64,000 nt of DNA. Origin: an uncultured cyanobacterium (lineage in GTDB: Bacteria; Cyanobacteriota; Cyanobacteriia; PCC-6307; Cyanobiaceae). The notes under the pieces are model-generated. The model was not told the DNA's origin, did no database searches, and was given only the letters and a program-made list of their open reading frames with translations. The stretch lies in contig CAVONQ010000007.1 in the NCBI GenBank assembly GCA_963697335.1, forward strand, positions 96,001 to 160,000, given 5' to 3'. The translations under genes and the position numbers were made by a program. Position 1 is the stretch's first letter. Each line of letters opens with the position of its first letter. Shown in pieces: positions 41,757 through 51,534 of this stretch.

Positions 41757-42768
41757 GAGTATTGCGCTCATTTCGATCAGCTGCCGTGTTGGAGTGAGGG
41801 AAGGGAACATCCGGTAACGGATGGCCCAGAAATTTGCAGATGTCCATCCAGCCAGCGCCGGCTGTGAGGTCAATGACCAGAAGGTCGTTGGGACGCTCGC
41901 GAAAATAGTCAACCACCTCAGCATTGTGGCTGTTGTAGCGCGTGAGATAAATAGCCTCATTCCCCTCAGGGTATCCCTTGCCGTAGATCAATTGACGCAT
42001 TCTTGACATCTTGGTGCCGAAGTGCTTCACCTGGCTGCGCAACCATGCCTCGGGGGGGCGAACGGTAAGGATGAATTTACTACCTGGAAACTTTTTGTCT
42101 AGCTCTCGGTAGAACAACGGCCAGGGGTTATCTTGGAATGCATTATAGCGATGGACCAGGTCACAGCAAGCCGCGAACAGTTCGGCATGGCTATGCAGCC
42201 CCTTCAGCCGCTTGCGTCCAATCACCCTATAGCCCAGATACTCCAAGGCCCTCTCAAGGCTGGTCGTGCCGGTCTTGTGGAAGCCAATGCAGAACACCTT
42301 TGTCCTCGTGCGACGACGGCGCTGCTGCCGCAGCCGCCTGGCGGCCCGACTCTGGGGGCGCAGCACGACCTGATCGGGTTCTGGCAGATTCAGAAACAGC
42401 TTCAGGGCTGCCTTTGCCTCAGGACTCGGCAATTCAACGGTCAGCAGACGTTCGGGCTCAGCCGCAAAGAAGGATTCCACATCGTCACAGAACGCACTGA
42501 TGCTCTGATTGAAGGACCTGTCTTGCCCAGCACCGCCGCAGCTGCGAAGAAGAATGAACCGACTGGCGGGGAAGCTTTGGGCGAGCTCTTGATACTGGCC
42601 GGCAAGGCCCGCCCCCATGAACGTGTCATAATTCGCCACACCCTCCGACCCAGGGGAGGCCTCCGTGACAGCCAAGCCAAGACTCTTCAGAATGCGCCGC
42701 GTCACTTTCTGGCCCCGCCGGGCTGGACGCAGCACGAACACTGTCATTGGGCTGGAACGGACGTTCAT
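41719..42768 (-). CDS. Sulfotransferase with a duplicated, degenerate N-terminal domain
   Basis: C-terminal domain [15 protein letters not shown]...[11 protein letters not shown]...GW..ICKFLG; the N-terminal half mirrors it. Confidence 0.85.
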   Translation of the reverse strand: MNVRSSPMTVFVLRPARRGQKVTRRILKSLGLAVTEASPGSEGVANYDTFMGAGLAGQYQELAQSFPASRFILLRSCGGAGQDRSFNQSISAFCDDVESFFAAEPERLLTVELPSPEAKAALKLFLNLPEPDQVVLRPQSRAARRLRQQRRRRTRTKVFCIGFHKTGTTSLERALEYLGYRVIGRKRLKGLHSHAELFAACCDLVHRYNAFQDNPWPLFYRELDKKFPGSKFILTVRPPEAWLRSQVKHFGTKMSRMRQLIYGKGYPEGNEAIYLTRYNSHNAEVVDYFRERPNDLLVIDLTAGAGWMDICKFLGHPLPDVPFPHSNTAADRNERNTLKDVWMLPGQSP

Positions 42769-43110
42769 CTGAGAAGCACTCTACAGACCAGCAGGTGAGA
42801 TTAACTCTATACAGCTCATTAATCTCTCAGCAATCTTACTAGGAGAGCTACATTCAGAAGAAGTCTGGCAACTTAATGTGCTGCAAAGCCCGGTCCTGGA
42901 CAGCACCGAGAGGCTCAAGGTCAGGAACCTCTTCTGCGAACTTAGCAGAGGAAGAAACACGGACGGTGGGGAGGCCTCATCATGGTGTAGCGCGTTGTTA
43001 ATGTTACACTAGTGAAAGTGAACCTCTAGGAGGTTCTCTCAGGCAGGCATTCTCCGCATGACACCGACACGAGAATCATTATGGCTGGTAGAACCACAGA
43101 CAGCTGATCA

Positions 43111-44265
43111 GTGACCATGCAGCAGAAACGTAGGGCTATCATCCACATAGGTGCCCCCAAGGCTGGATCGTCGTCAATCCAAACTTTCCTCAAAGCTCAC
43201 TACGGGCCGTGGCAAGGTCACGGCATCCTCAGCTTGGGGATGACAGGTGCCAAAACTGGCCTCAACCACCGCACGCTGTATTTCTCATTCCATCGGGGCA
43301 GCATCAGTCGCGTGGACCGCATGCGATTTCATTCGGATGCCGAGTATGACCAACATCGCCAACTTCAACAACAGCTACTATCACAGGAGATCGCTTCGCG
43401 CAGCTCCTGCCATACCCTGATCTTCAGCGATGAATACCTCACTCGCCTTGATGTTGAAAGTGTTCATGGGCTGAGACAATTTCTGGAGTCCCACGGCATC
43501 ACACGATTTCTGATCATCGCCTATGTCAGAGACCCAGGATCCTTGTTTCTATCCAGCGCCCAGCAATCCATCAAAGCCCATCATGAACTGCCATCCCCGA
43601 TAGGCTGGAAGCAGTGTTTCTCCGATGTACTGAGAACCTGGGATTCCGTATTCCCCGGCTGCACCCTGTTCCGAGCCTACGAGCGCAGCACTCTAGTTCA
43701 GGGTTCTGTGGTGGATGATTTCCTGCAATCGATATTCGGCCCTGACCCTGACCAGGTCGAATTCAGCCCTGCCACAAAGAGCAAGAGCAACCGCAATCTA
43801 TCGATGACCGCCGAGGGAATGGCCCTGCTGCTGAACTACCGAAGAATGTTTCACAAGGAAAAAGTCAATACTTTCACCCCCGATACTCGTCAGCTCATTC
43901 TTACCTTGCAGGAGTGCAGTGGCTTGGACAGGTTTGAACCACCCCGCCTGCGCCAGGAGTGGCGTCACTACATTGAAGATTGTCACGCCCAGGAGCTGCT
44001 TCAACTGTCTACAAAGTTTGGATTGCACTATGAACACATTGACTATGGTCGCCTGAAGGCAAAACTTCTCTCTCCACCGCCAGCTCCTGTGCTTCCAGCC
44101 AGTGATCTCACCGGCGGCCTTCAAGACGTTGCCTATCTTGTGGAGAATATTTCGACCGAGGCCTATGAGGCTCTCAGTCTTCTCGTGCTTCACAAGATGG
44201 CCCAGAAAGCAGCGGAAAACAGCAAACTGAAAAAGGCACTGCAAAACCCTAGCCAGCCAGCCTGA
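43111..44265 (+). CDS. Sulfotransferase-like P-loop protein
   Basis: IIHIGAPKAGSSSIQ, IFSDE, AYVRDP, W..VF, VVDDF. Confidence 0.75.
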   Translation: MTMQQKRRAIIHIGAPKAGSSSIQTFLKAHYGPWQGHGILSLGMTGAKTGLNHRTLYFSFHRGSISRVDRMRFHSDAEYDQHRQLQQQLLSQEIASRSSCHTLIFSDEYLTRLDVESVHGLRQFLESHGITRFLIIAYVRDPGSLFLSSAQQSIKAHHELPSPIGWKQCFSDVLRTWDSVFPGCTLFRAYERSTLVQGSVVDDFLQSIFGPDPDQVEFSPATKSKSNRNLSMTAEGMALLLNYRRMFHKEKVNTFTPDTRQLILTLQECSGLDRFEPPRLRQEWRHYIEDCHAQELLQLSTKFGLHYEHIDYGRLKAKLLSPPPAPVLPASDLTGGLQDVAYLVENISTEAYEALSLLVLHKMAQKAAENSKLKKALQNPSQPA

Positions 44266-44268
44266 GGC

Positions 44269-44943
44269 CTAGCCCAGGCAAGCGCTATAATCAATCCCAA
44301 AGTACTTGGCCAGAAAATCATTGGAGGCCTGAAACTTTTCCATGATGATCTCTACCTGGGCTCCCGATACATCTTCCAAGCGAGGCACTCCCGCCCTTTC
44401 CCTGAATCCCGACTTTGCCATAGAAACCATCTTAAAATCCCGCAGCCCCCGCTCCGACAGATACCTGGCCACACCGGTTTCCAGCCCATTGTAATCAATC
44501 ACCTCATCCACATCAGGGATCCAGGCGCCAGAACGATCAGGCGATGCATACCGTGCCAAATCAACCGGGAAAACACCATTCTGCACATAATCCGACCAGG
44601 ACATTCCCCGAAACTCACCGCGTTTCAGATGCTTGGGTGAATGTCGAACCATGGCATAGTGAGAAAGACACTTTTCCACCGGATGACGCTCAATACAAAA
44701 AGCAGAAAAGCCTGCCACATCCTCGCCGAAGACATCTCTGATCCTGGCCACAGGAACATGGTTCCGCAATCTGATGCCTTGGTGCCTGAAGTTTCTGGGC
44801 CGATGGCCTGGTTCAGGCGGCACCAGGGGTGTCACCACATCCGTGGCAGGCAGCCGTGCGGCGATGGACACCTCGAGCGCCGTGCCTGCCGTCTTCATTG
44901 TTTTACAAAAGATGAAACGATGGGCGAACGAGACAATGGTCAT
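44269..44943 (-). CDS. Sulfotransferase family 2-like protein
   Basis: IVSFAHRFIFCKTMKTAGTALE, ERHPVEKCLSHY. Confidence 0.75.
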   Translation of the reverse strand: MTIVSFAHRFIFCKTMKTAGTALEVSIAARLPATDVVTPLVPPEPGHRPRNFRHQGIRLRNHVPVARIRDVFGEDVAGFSAFCIERHPVEKCLSHYAMVRHSPKHLKRGEFRGMSWSDYVQNGVFPVDLARYASPDRSGAWIPDVDEVIDYNGLETGVARYLSERGLRDFKMVSMAKSGFRERAGVPRLEDVSGAQVEIIMEKFQASNDFLAKYFGIDYSACLG

Positions 44944-45115
44944 CTGAACCGTCCGATAATCAACTCAGTATAAATGTGCTCGGGAGAATCACCGGCAGCA
45001 GGAAGTAGCGATTCCAGGGATGAGGACGTGGACCGCAGGACGCAGCCTGGAGTCTGGGTGGGGAGGGCGCGGCCGGCCATCGGGGGCTCGGACTAGGGCT
45101 GGGTAGCCTGGGCCC

Positions 45116-45658
45116 ATGCCATCGCTGAAGACCATGGCCAGAGCCACCCCAGGGGCCTCGCGCCGACGCGGCGTCGCGGGGCTGTTGAAGAAGATTGCTC
45201 GGCGGCTCAGGCTCCTGCCCGCCCCCACGCCCCACCAAAGGCTGGCGGTCCTTCTTGAGCACCCAGAGCGGCGTGCCCCTGAAGTCTGGCGCAGCTGGCG
45301 CAAGACCAAACTCACCCGCGTGCAAGAGCTGCTGGCCAACAAGAAGGGGGTGGTCGCCGCCAGGGAACTCAGCCGAGCCCTGCTCCAGGATCCGGACTTC
45401 CCCATGTTCGAGGAGCTCATGGCAGAGGCCACCAGCCTCAAGCTACGCCGGGATGCCAAGGCGGGCCAGCCCGATCCGATCGTCGAATTCCCCGAAGAGC
45501 TGCGGGCCCAGGCCCTGCAACTGGAGGGCTTTCAGCTCTACATCGCCGAAGTGGAGCAGCTGCTCCAACAGGCTGGCTTCCCCTCAGGGCCTCAGGTCGG
45601 AGGGGGCAGCAAGGGCAGCCGATCGCGTCCAGCCACCCTTAACGCCACCCAACCCTGA
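45116..45658 (+). CDS. Hypothetical helical protein
   Basis: 180 aa ATG ORF with GC3-rich codons; no recognisable motif. Confidence 0.65.
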   Translation: MPSLKTMARATPGASRRRGVAGLLKKIARRLRLLPAPTPHQRLAVLLEHPERRAPEVWRSWRKTKLTRVQELLANKKGVVAARELSRALLQDPDFPMFEELMAEATSLKLRRDAKAGQPDPIVEFPEELRAQALQLEGFQLYIAEVEQLLQQAGFPSGPQVGGGSKGSRSRPATLNATQP

Positions 45659-46558
45659 GCCCAGGCCGCAGGCCGCCAGCAGCGCCTCGGCCCGGGCCTC
45701 AAAACTGTGTTCACGGGCCACGACCCAGCTGACCCGCTGTAGCAGTCCAGGCTGGGAACGGCGTCGCATCACCTCAGCCAGCGTGGCCTGGGGATCGTCA
45801 TCGGGCCCATGCACCACGATCCCCGGCAAGAGGGCTTCAGGGCAACCTGGCGCCATGTCGGTAATCACCGGCACGCCGCAGGCCAGCACGTCAAAGACCC
45901 GGTTGTTGAGATAGCCGAAGTCACGCATGGCGCCATGGTGGTCGTTGAGCACAGCCAGGCTCTCGCCGTAGAGAGCCGGCAGGGTGTGGTTGCCGATGCT
46001 CTGCCGCTCCGCCCTCAGGCCGAAAGCCTCCCAGCCGCTGCCGATCAGGCTGAGCGGCAGTCCGCTGCGGCCGAAGCCCAGCACCAGGGGACGGTCCACA
46101 CCACGGGTGTTGCCCACAAACAGCAGGCCCCGGCTGGGCTGCCGGGGGGAGCCGGCCAGCCGGAAGTCAGTGGCCTGGGGCAGCACGTGGGTGGGCTTGC
46201 CGCTCAGGTAGGCCAGGCGCTGCCGGTCCTGGGCAGAGGCCACGAACAGCCGGTCGTAGCTGGCCAGTTCCGCGGCGCTGATGTCCAGCGGCCAGCTGAT
46301 CTGCCAGAGCAGACGGGTGCAGTACGTGGCCTGGCTGAGCCACTCAGGGCGGGGACGGAACTTACCCCGCAGCAGCAGCAGCCCTGTGCCGACGGGAGGG
46401 GGGGTGGCGCTTTCGTAGGTGTCGCGAAACAGCAGGCGCGTGGCGAAGCCACATCCGCGCAGGGCCCGCTGCAGGCTCTGGGCGAAGGCCACGTCCCCCC
46501 AGCCCGCCAGGCCGGCGGGGTCGCTCGGTGCGGCGATCAGCAGGTCAAGGGACCTCAA
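45584..46558 (-). CDS. GT-B glycosyltransferase (CgeB/GT1-like)
   Basis: WGD..FA.SL, LLFVGNTR, LNDH, NNRVFDVLACG..VITD, HSFEARA. Confidence 0.8.
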   Translation of the reverse strand: MRSLDLLIAAPSDPAGLAGWGDVAFAQSLQRALRGCGFATRLLFRDTYESATPPPVGTGLLLLRGKFRPRPEWLSQATYCTRLLWQISWPLDISAAELASYDRLFVASAQDRQRLAYLSGKPTHVLPQATDFRLAGSPRQPSRGLLFVGNTRGVDRPLVLGFGRSGLPLSLIGSGWEAFGLRAERQSIGNHTLPALYGESLAVLNDHHGAMRDFGYLNNRVFDVLACGVPVITDMAPGCPEALLPGIVVHGPDDDPQATLAEVMRRRSQPGLLQRVSWVVAREHSFEARAEALLAACGLGSGLGGVKGGWTRSAALAAPSDLRP

Positions 46559-46571
46559 TCGGGGCGCGAAG

Positions 46572-49104
46572 ATGGAACGCCATCCTCCCCCGCCCCCCGT
46601 TCTGGACGTTCACACACGCCTGAACCTGCAAGGACTGATCCAGCGGCTCCATGCCTTGCCTGGGGTGAGCAGGTACCTCTTCTGCGCAGGCCTCGACGCC
46701 GTGCTGCTGCTGTCAGGGGAGGCCCTGGGCCCGGAGCAGCCTGGCTGCAGCCTGGAGCTGGCAGTGCCGCCGGGCCCCGGGGGTGACGCCGAGCCCGCCT
46801 CCCCGTCCGTGATCGCCCTGCTGCCCCTGAGCTGGGCTCGGGGGCTGGTGGCGGCGGAGCGGGCCCCCAGCCTGGAGAAGCTTGTGGCGGCTGCCGGTGG
46901 CGCCTGCCTGACCCTGAACGCGCTGAGCTGGCCTGCCGACAACAGCCACCGCCAGGCCACGGTCCCGTCTGGGGGAGCAGATCCTGGCCTACCGCGCCCA
47001 ACTGGACCTCGGGCTGAACCTGCTGGAGCCCCTGCAGCACGAGCCTGAAGGTCCCTTGGCGACACCAGCGGCCGAGGTGATCCCCACCGCCCTGGCCCTG
47101 CTGCAAAGCGAGCGTCGCCTGCTGCGCCAGATCGACCCGCGCAGCTGGCCCACGCCGCCCTGGCGCCCGCCGCTTGACGCCGCTGGCTGGCTCCGGGCCG
47201 ACATTCCCCTCGGCCCGGAGCCGGCCGATCAGTTGGCGGCCCTGGTGCACCTGCTCCCCCAGGACGAGCAGGTGGCCTTCACGGCCGCGCTCGCCTCAGA
47301 CCTGGAGGCACTGCTTGGGCAGGCTGCCCCCGGAGCGGCGGCACCAGACCCTGCCTCCGGGCTTGACTGGGCCTGGGATCTGGCCGAAACGCTGGTCGGC
47401 GCCCTCAACAGCCGCGACCCCGAGCTGAGCGCCATCGCCCGCCAACTGCGGGGGCAGATGCTGGAGCGCGCCCTGCAGCTCCCTGAGCCGGTTCAGCGGA
47501 CTGCCCGGTTGATCCGCTGCATTGACAGTGAGGCCTGCAGCAGTGAGACCTGCAGCAGCGAGGGCAATTCCGCCGTGGCGGTGCTGGCTGCAGCCATCGA
47601 CAGCGTGGCGCAGGAGATCGATCTGGCCTCCAGCCGCGGTGATGGCAAGCAGCGACGCCTGCTGCAACGTCAACTGGCCGAGGCGCTGCGCGGCGCCGGC
47701 AGCAACCTGCAGCTGCTGCGCGAGCTGGTGCTGCAGCTCAGCCTGGAGAGCTGCAGCCAACTGCCCCAGCGGCAGCCACCCTCCGCCTGCCTGCTCCTGC
47801 TCAAGGGCCTGCTGCTGCTGGACAGCACCGCTGTGACCCCGCTGCCGCTGGAGCGGCAGCAAGCCCTGGTGCAGCTGTTTGAGCGATTGCTGCCGCGCGT
47901 GTGGTGGCAGGCCGATCTGCTGGAGGCGCTGCTGCGGGACCTGCGCCGGTTTCGGCTGGATGTCAGCTGGCTCTCCAGCCATGGCGGTGCCGTGCTGGCC
48001 GGCACCATGCGCCTGCATCGCTACCTCGTGCCACCGACAGCGGCGGCCGGTCAGCCGGGAGCGGATGCGACCGAGCAGGGCCAGGCGCTGCTGCGGCTGC
48101 AGCTCCTGGCCCTGATGCGGCTCACCAGCGGCGTCAAGGACCGCACCAACCTGCTGCGCCGGCTCCAGGAGATCAGTGCCGGAGATACCAGCCGCTGCTG
48201 GCTGGCTGGCGCCGAGGAGCCGATCCTGGCGGCGGCCTGCTCGGGGCTAGGCACCTACACCACCTCGCTGCTGCGCCTCTACGCCGAGGCCTGCGGAGTG
48301 CCCGAGCTGGTGCCGCTCCTGCCCCCCGGCGAAGGCGTGGCTCAGGCCTTTGATCGGATGCTGGAGCATTGGCGGCGTCACGGCCCCCAACCCGGATCCG
48401 CGGCGCTGGGAGCCGCGCGGATTGCCGTGGTGATCACCACCTTCCGCCCGGATCTGGGGCGGCTGCGACAGGCCCTTGAGTCCTTGCGCCTGCAGACGCT
48501 GCCAGCCGCAGAGGTGCTGGTGGTGGATGACGGCTCGCCGGCTGCGGAGGGTGAAGCCCTGGAGCAGCTCCTTGATCTCTTCCGCTACGGCCACGGCCTG
48601 CCGGTGATCCTGCTGCGCCAGGAGCGCAACCAGGGCCAGTACGCCTGCCGCAACCTGGCCCTTGGTGCCTGCACCTCAGAGGTCCTCGCCATTCAGGACG
48701 ACGACGACCTCTCCCACCCCCTGCGCCTGGAACGCCAGTGGCTGGCCCTGCGGCAGGGGGCCCTGGCCTGCTACGCGCAGCATGTGCGCTTTGAGGAGCT
48801 CAGTGGCCAGCCCCAACCCGATGGCGACGGCTTCCGGGCCATCGGCGATGGCATCACCTCCCTGATGGTGCGGCGGGACACCGCGGTAGCCCTGGGGGGC
48901 TTCTACCCCGTGCGCTCCAGGGGCGATGTGGAGTTCCGCAGCAGGTTGCAGCGGCAGTTCGGCGAGGGGGCCATCGCCCGGCTCAACCAACCGCTCTATC
49001 TGATGCGTGGCGGGGCCGGCACGATCTCTTCTGGCTTTGAATACGGCTGCAGCCTGCAGATGGCCACCTGGCGGCGGCTGATCAGGCGGGAGCATCTGGT
49101 GTGA
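46572..49104 (+). pseudogene. Large glycosyltransferase family 2 protein; +1 frameshift near 46965 as assembled
   Basis: C-terminal IAVVITTF, VVDDGS, NQGQYACRN, QDDDD, GDVEF. The upstream ORF joins via ATV|RLGEQILAYRAQL; ~843 aa if repaired. Confidence 0.78.
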
Positions 49105-50051
49105 AGCCCCCAGGAGCAGCAACGATGAGGGACTCCGAAGCCATGGGGGAGACGGCAGGGATGGGCAGCACCGTGCCGGTGCTGATTGGACTCACCTCGA
49201 TCCGAGGCCGGGAAAGAGCCCTGAATCGCACATTGGACAGCCTGCTGCGGCAGTGCCTGCCCGCTGACACCAGACCCGTCTCCCTGCACCTGTTCCTCTC
49301 CCATGAGCCCTATCTGTTGGATCGGGGCTTTGCGGCACCTCCCAGCTTCATCCAGCGCTGCCAACGTCAATCGCACCAACAGGGCATCCAGCTGCACTGC
49401 CATTTCGTGGAGAACACAGGTTCCTATCGCAAACTGCTGCCCCTGATCGACCTGCTCGACGACAGGGCGAAAGCCCTGGACCCCTACCTGATCACGGCCG
49501 ACGACGACACCCTCTACCCCCGGAACTGGCTGAGGAGGCTGCTGGATGCCCAGGACCGGCTGAACTGCGTGGTGGGGTTCCGAGGACGCCGGATGGTGGT
49601 GGAAGAGGGACGGATGGCCCCTTACCACCGCTGGATCAAGCACGACTCCTCGCTGCCCGAGCCCCACCTGCTGACGGTGCCCACCGGCAAGGACGGCATC
49701 TGCTATCGATTGAGCCAGCTGCACCGGGGAGTGCTCGACTGGCGCCGAGCCCTGCAGCTGGCCGGCCATGCCGACGACCTCTGGTTCAAGCACCACACCC
49801 TCATGCTGGGGGTGCCCAGTGCATTGCTGAATGCCTCGCTCAGCCTCGAGTTTCCTGAACTCAACGCTGCAGGACGGCGCATCCGCCCCCACCACAGAAC
49901 GCAGGCACCACACAGCCTGTTCCTGACCATCAACAAGCGTGGCGGCAATGACGCCGTGCTGGAGCGACTGATGGATGCGAGCATCTATCCCCTCAGCGGG
50001 CCAGCCCTCAATCCAACCAGTCCAGGTTCGAGTCGCCCAGCTGTCGGCTGA
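49101..50051 (+). CDS. Putative GT-A glycosyltransferase
   Basis: GLTSI..R, SYRKLLP, ITADDDTLYP, PTGKDGI, ADDLWF. GTGA-coupled to the upstream gene. Confidence 0.75.
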   Translation: MKPPGAATMRDSEAMGETAGMGSTVPVLIGLTSIRGRERALNRTLDSLLRQCLPADTRPVSLHLFLSHEPYLLDRGFAAPPSFIQRCQRQSHQQGIQLHCHFVENTGSYRKLLPLIDLLDDRAKALDPYLITADDDTLYPRNWLRRLLDAQDRLNCVVGFRGRRMVVEEGRMAPYHRWIKHDSSLPEPHLLTVPTGKDGICYRLSQLHRGVLDWRRALQLAGHADDLWFKHHTLMLGVPSALLNASLSLEFPELNAAGRRIRPHHRTQAPHSLFLTINKRGGNDAVLERLMDASIYPLSGPALNPTSPGSSRPAVG

Positions 50052-51528
50052 CAGCACGGCGCATGGAGGCCTCGGCCGTGCCACACCAAGGAGCAAAGCC
50101 CGGCTGCTCAGACTCCACCAGGTCGGCAGCACTGAACGGCAACTCCATCAGGATGAAACGGCAATCGATGCCGGTGGGCACCGCCGCAACCTGGATCAGG
50201 TGGCGAAGGCTGAACGGTGCCCAGAGCGTCATCGACGGGCGATCCGCCAGAGCGCTCAGCCCTGGCACCCAGTCCGCCGGCCAGTGGGGATCACGGCCAC
50301 CGTTAGGGCCAAGCTGCTCCGCGCTGTGCAGCACCAGGTGCCAGGAAGCTGCCCCCTCAGTGGAATCCACCAAAACCTGCGGATGGAAGGCAGCACAAGC
50401 AAGGCCTGTCGACCGCTGCCAGGCGGTCGAGCCATCTAGGTCCGTCGCCGTCAGCTGCTCCCAGTGGGCCTGAAACTGGCGCAGCCGCCAGGCCCAAGTC
50501 AGCTGACGGGTGGTTCTGATCCACAGCCAGTGATCGGTGATCGACTTGGAGCGGCCGCGGGGCTGCTCATGCAAGAGCCATGGCTTGGGCCCTGCAAAGT
50601 GCACCAGCGCCAGACCTTCAATGCAGCCATCAAGAAACTGAACAACATATTTGATGTTGCAATTAAAGTTGATCGGGAGCAGCTCAACCGGCTGATCGAT
50701 CAGCAGCTGATTCCATACTTTCTGATCGGCAAATAAATCCAGACACGGGCAAACAGCATCAGCACTCGAGCCAATCAACGCCTGCATCCGGGAGACCATG
50801 GTGTCGCACAGAGCCGAACCGGGAATCGAAATCACGCCTGAATTGATCACAGGCCGCCCGGAATAGCCACTGACAACGCCAAACGGGTTGGCACCGCAGT
50901 CGATCACCACGCGGAACGCCGAGCCCGGAGCCCAGAGGCGATCCAGTGCTGCAAACACCAGCACATCGGAATCGAGCACAATGACACGCTCATAACCGCG
51001 CAGGCCCAGGGCATAGGTGTTGAGATACCCCAGGACCCCAATCCGCTCGCGGTTGGCAGAGTCTCGCGGCAGGGCTGAAGCCCAGCTCGGATCAGGCACC
51101 TCAAAGATGAGGTGGGGATAGATCTCAAGCAGTTCAGCCCGGTCGAGCCAATCCAATGAGCCATCGTGAAACACCACGAACGGACTGGACAGATCCGGAT
51201 AGACAGCCAACAGCGACAACAGCAAACCGCGAAGCCCTGGTAGGAAGCGGTCATTCGCGACGGTGGCAAAGGCAACCTGGGAACCAGGATCTTGAGGACG
51301 GGTCCAGGCCGAGTCTCGAACCGGCCAACACCGCTCCGGGCCTGGATCTCCATGGGGAAGCCGCTCGAGTCGGCCATAGGGAGGCTGAAGGGGCTTCGCC
51401 CTCTCCTCTGCAAGTTGGGCGGCTAGTCGCCTCAGACGCTGGACCAGCCGGTCTCTCTGGCGCCGAGCCGTATCCCTCTGATCACGCAGACGATCAAAAT
51501 CCTGCTGGCTGCGACGACGACCGAACAA
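50008..51528 (-). CDS. Glycosyltransferase family 8
   Basis: YERVIVLDSDVLV, INSGV, DQKVWN, LPINFN, VHFAGPKPW; short N-terminal coiled coil. Confidence 0.85.
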   Translation of the reverse strand: MFGRRRSQQDFDRLRDQRDTARRQRDRLVQRLRRLAAQLAEERAKPLQPPYGRLERLPHGDPGPERCWPVRDSAWTRPQDPGSQVAFATVANDRFLPGLRGLLLSLLAVYPDLSSPFVVFHDGSLDWLDRAELLEIYPHLIFEVPDPSWASALPRDSANRERIGVLGYLNTYALGLRGYERVIVLDSDVLVFAALDRLWAPGSAFRVVIDCGANPFGVVSGYSGRPVINSGVISIPGSALCDTMVSRMQALIGSSADAVCPCLDLFADQKVWNQLLIDQPVELLPINFNCNIKYVVQFLDGCIEGLALVHFAGPKPWLLHEQPRGRSKSITDHWLWIRTTRQLTWAWRLRQFQAHWEQLTATDLDGSTAWQRSTGLACAAFHPQVLVDSTEGAASWHLVLHSAEQLGPNGGRDPHWPADWVPGLSALADRPSMTLWAPFSLRHLIQVAAVPTGIDCRFILMELPFSAADLVESEQPGFAPWCGTAEASMRRAVSRQLGDSNLDWLD

Positions 51529-51534
51529 GCGCCC

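Noticed and set aside
47526..47563. 15-bp tandem repeat, about 2.5 copies (SEACS SETCS SEG)
   Set aside because: Short in-frame duplication in a linker; too few copies to argue for a contingency locus.
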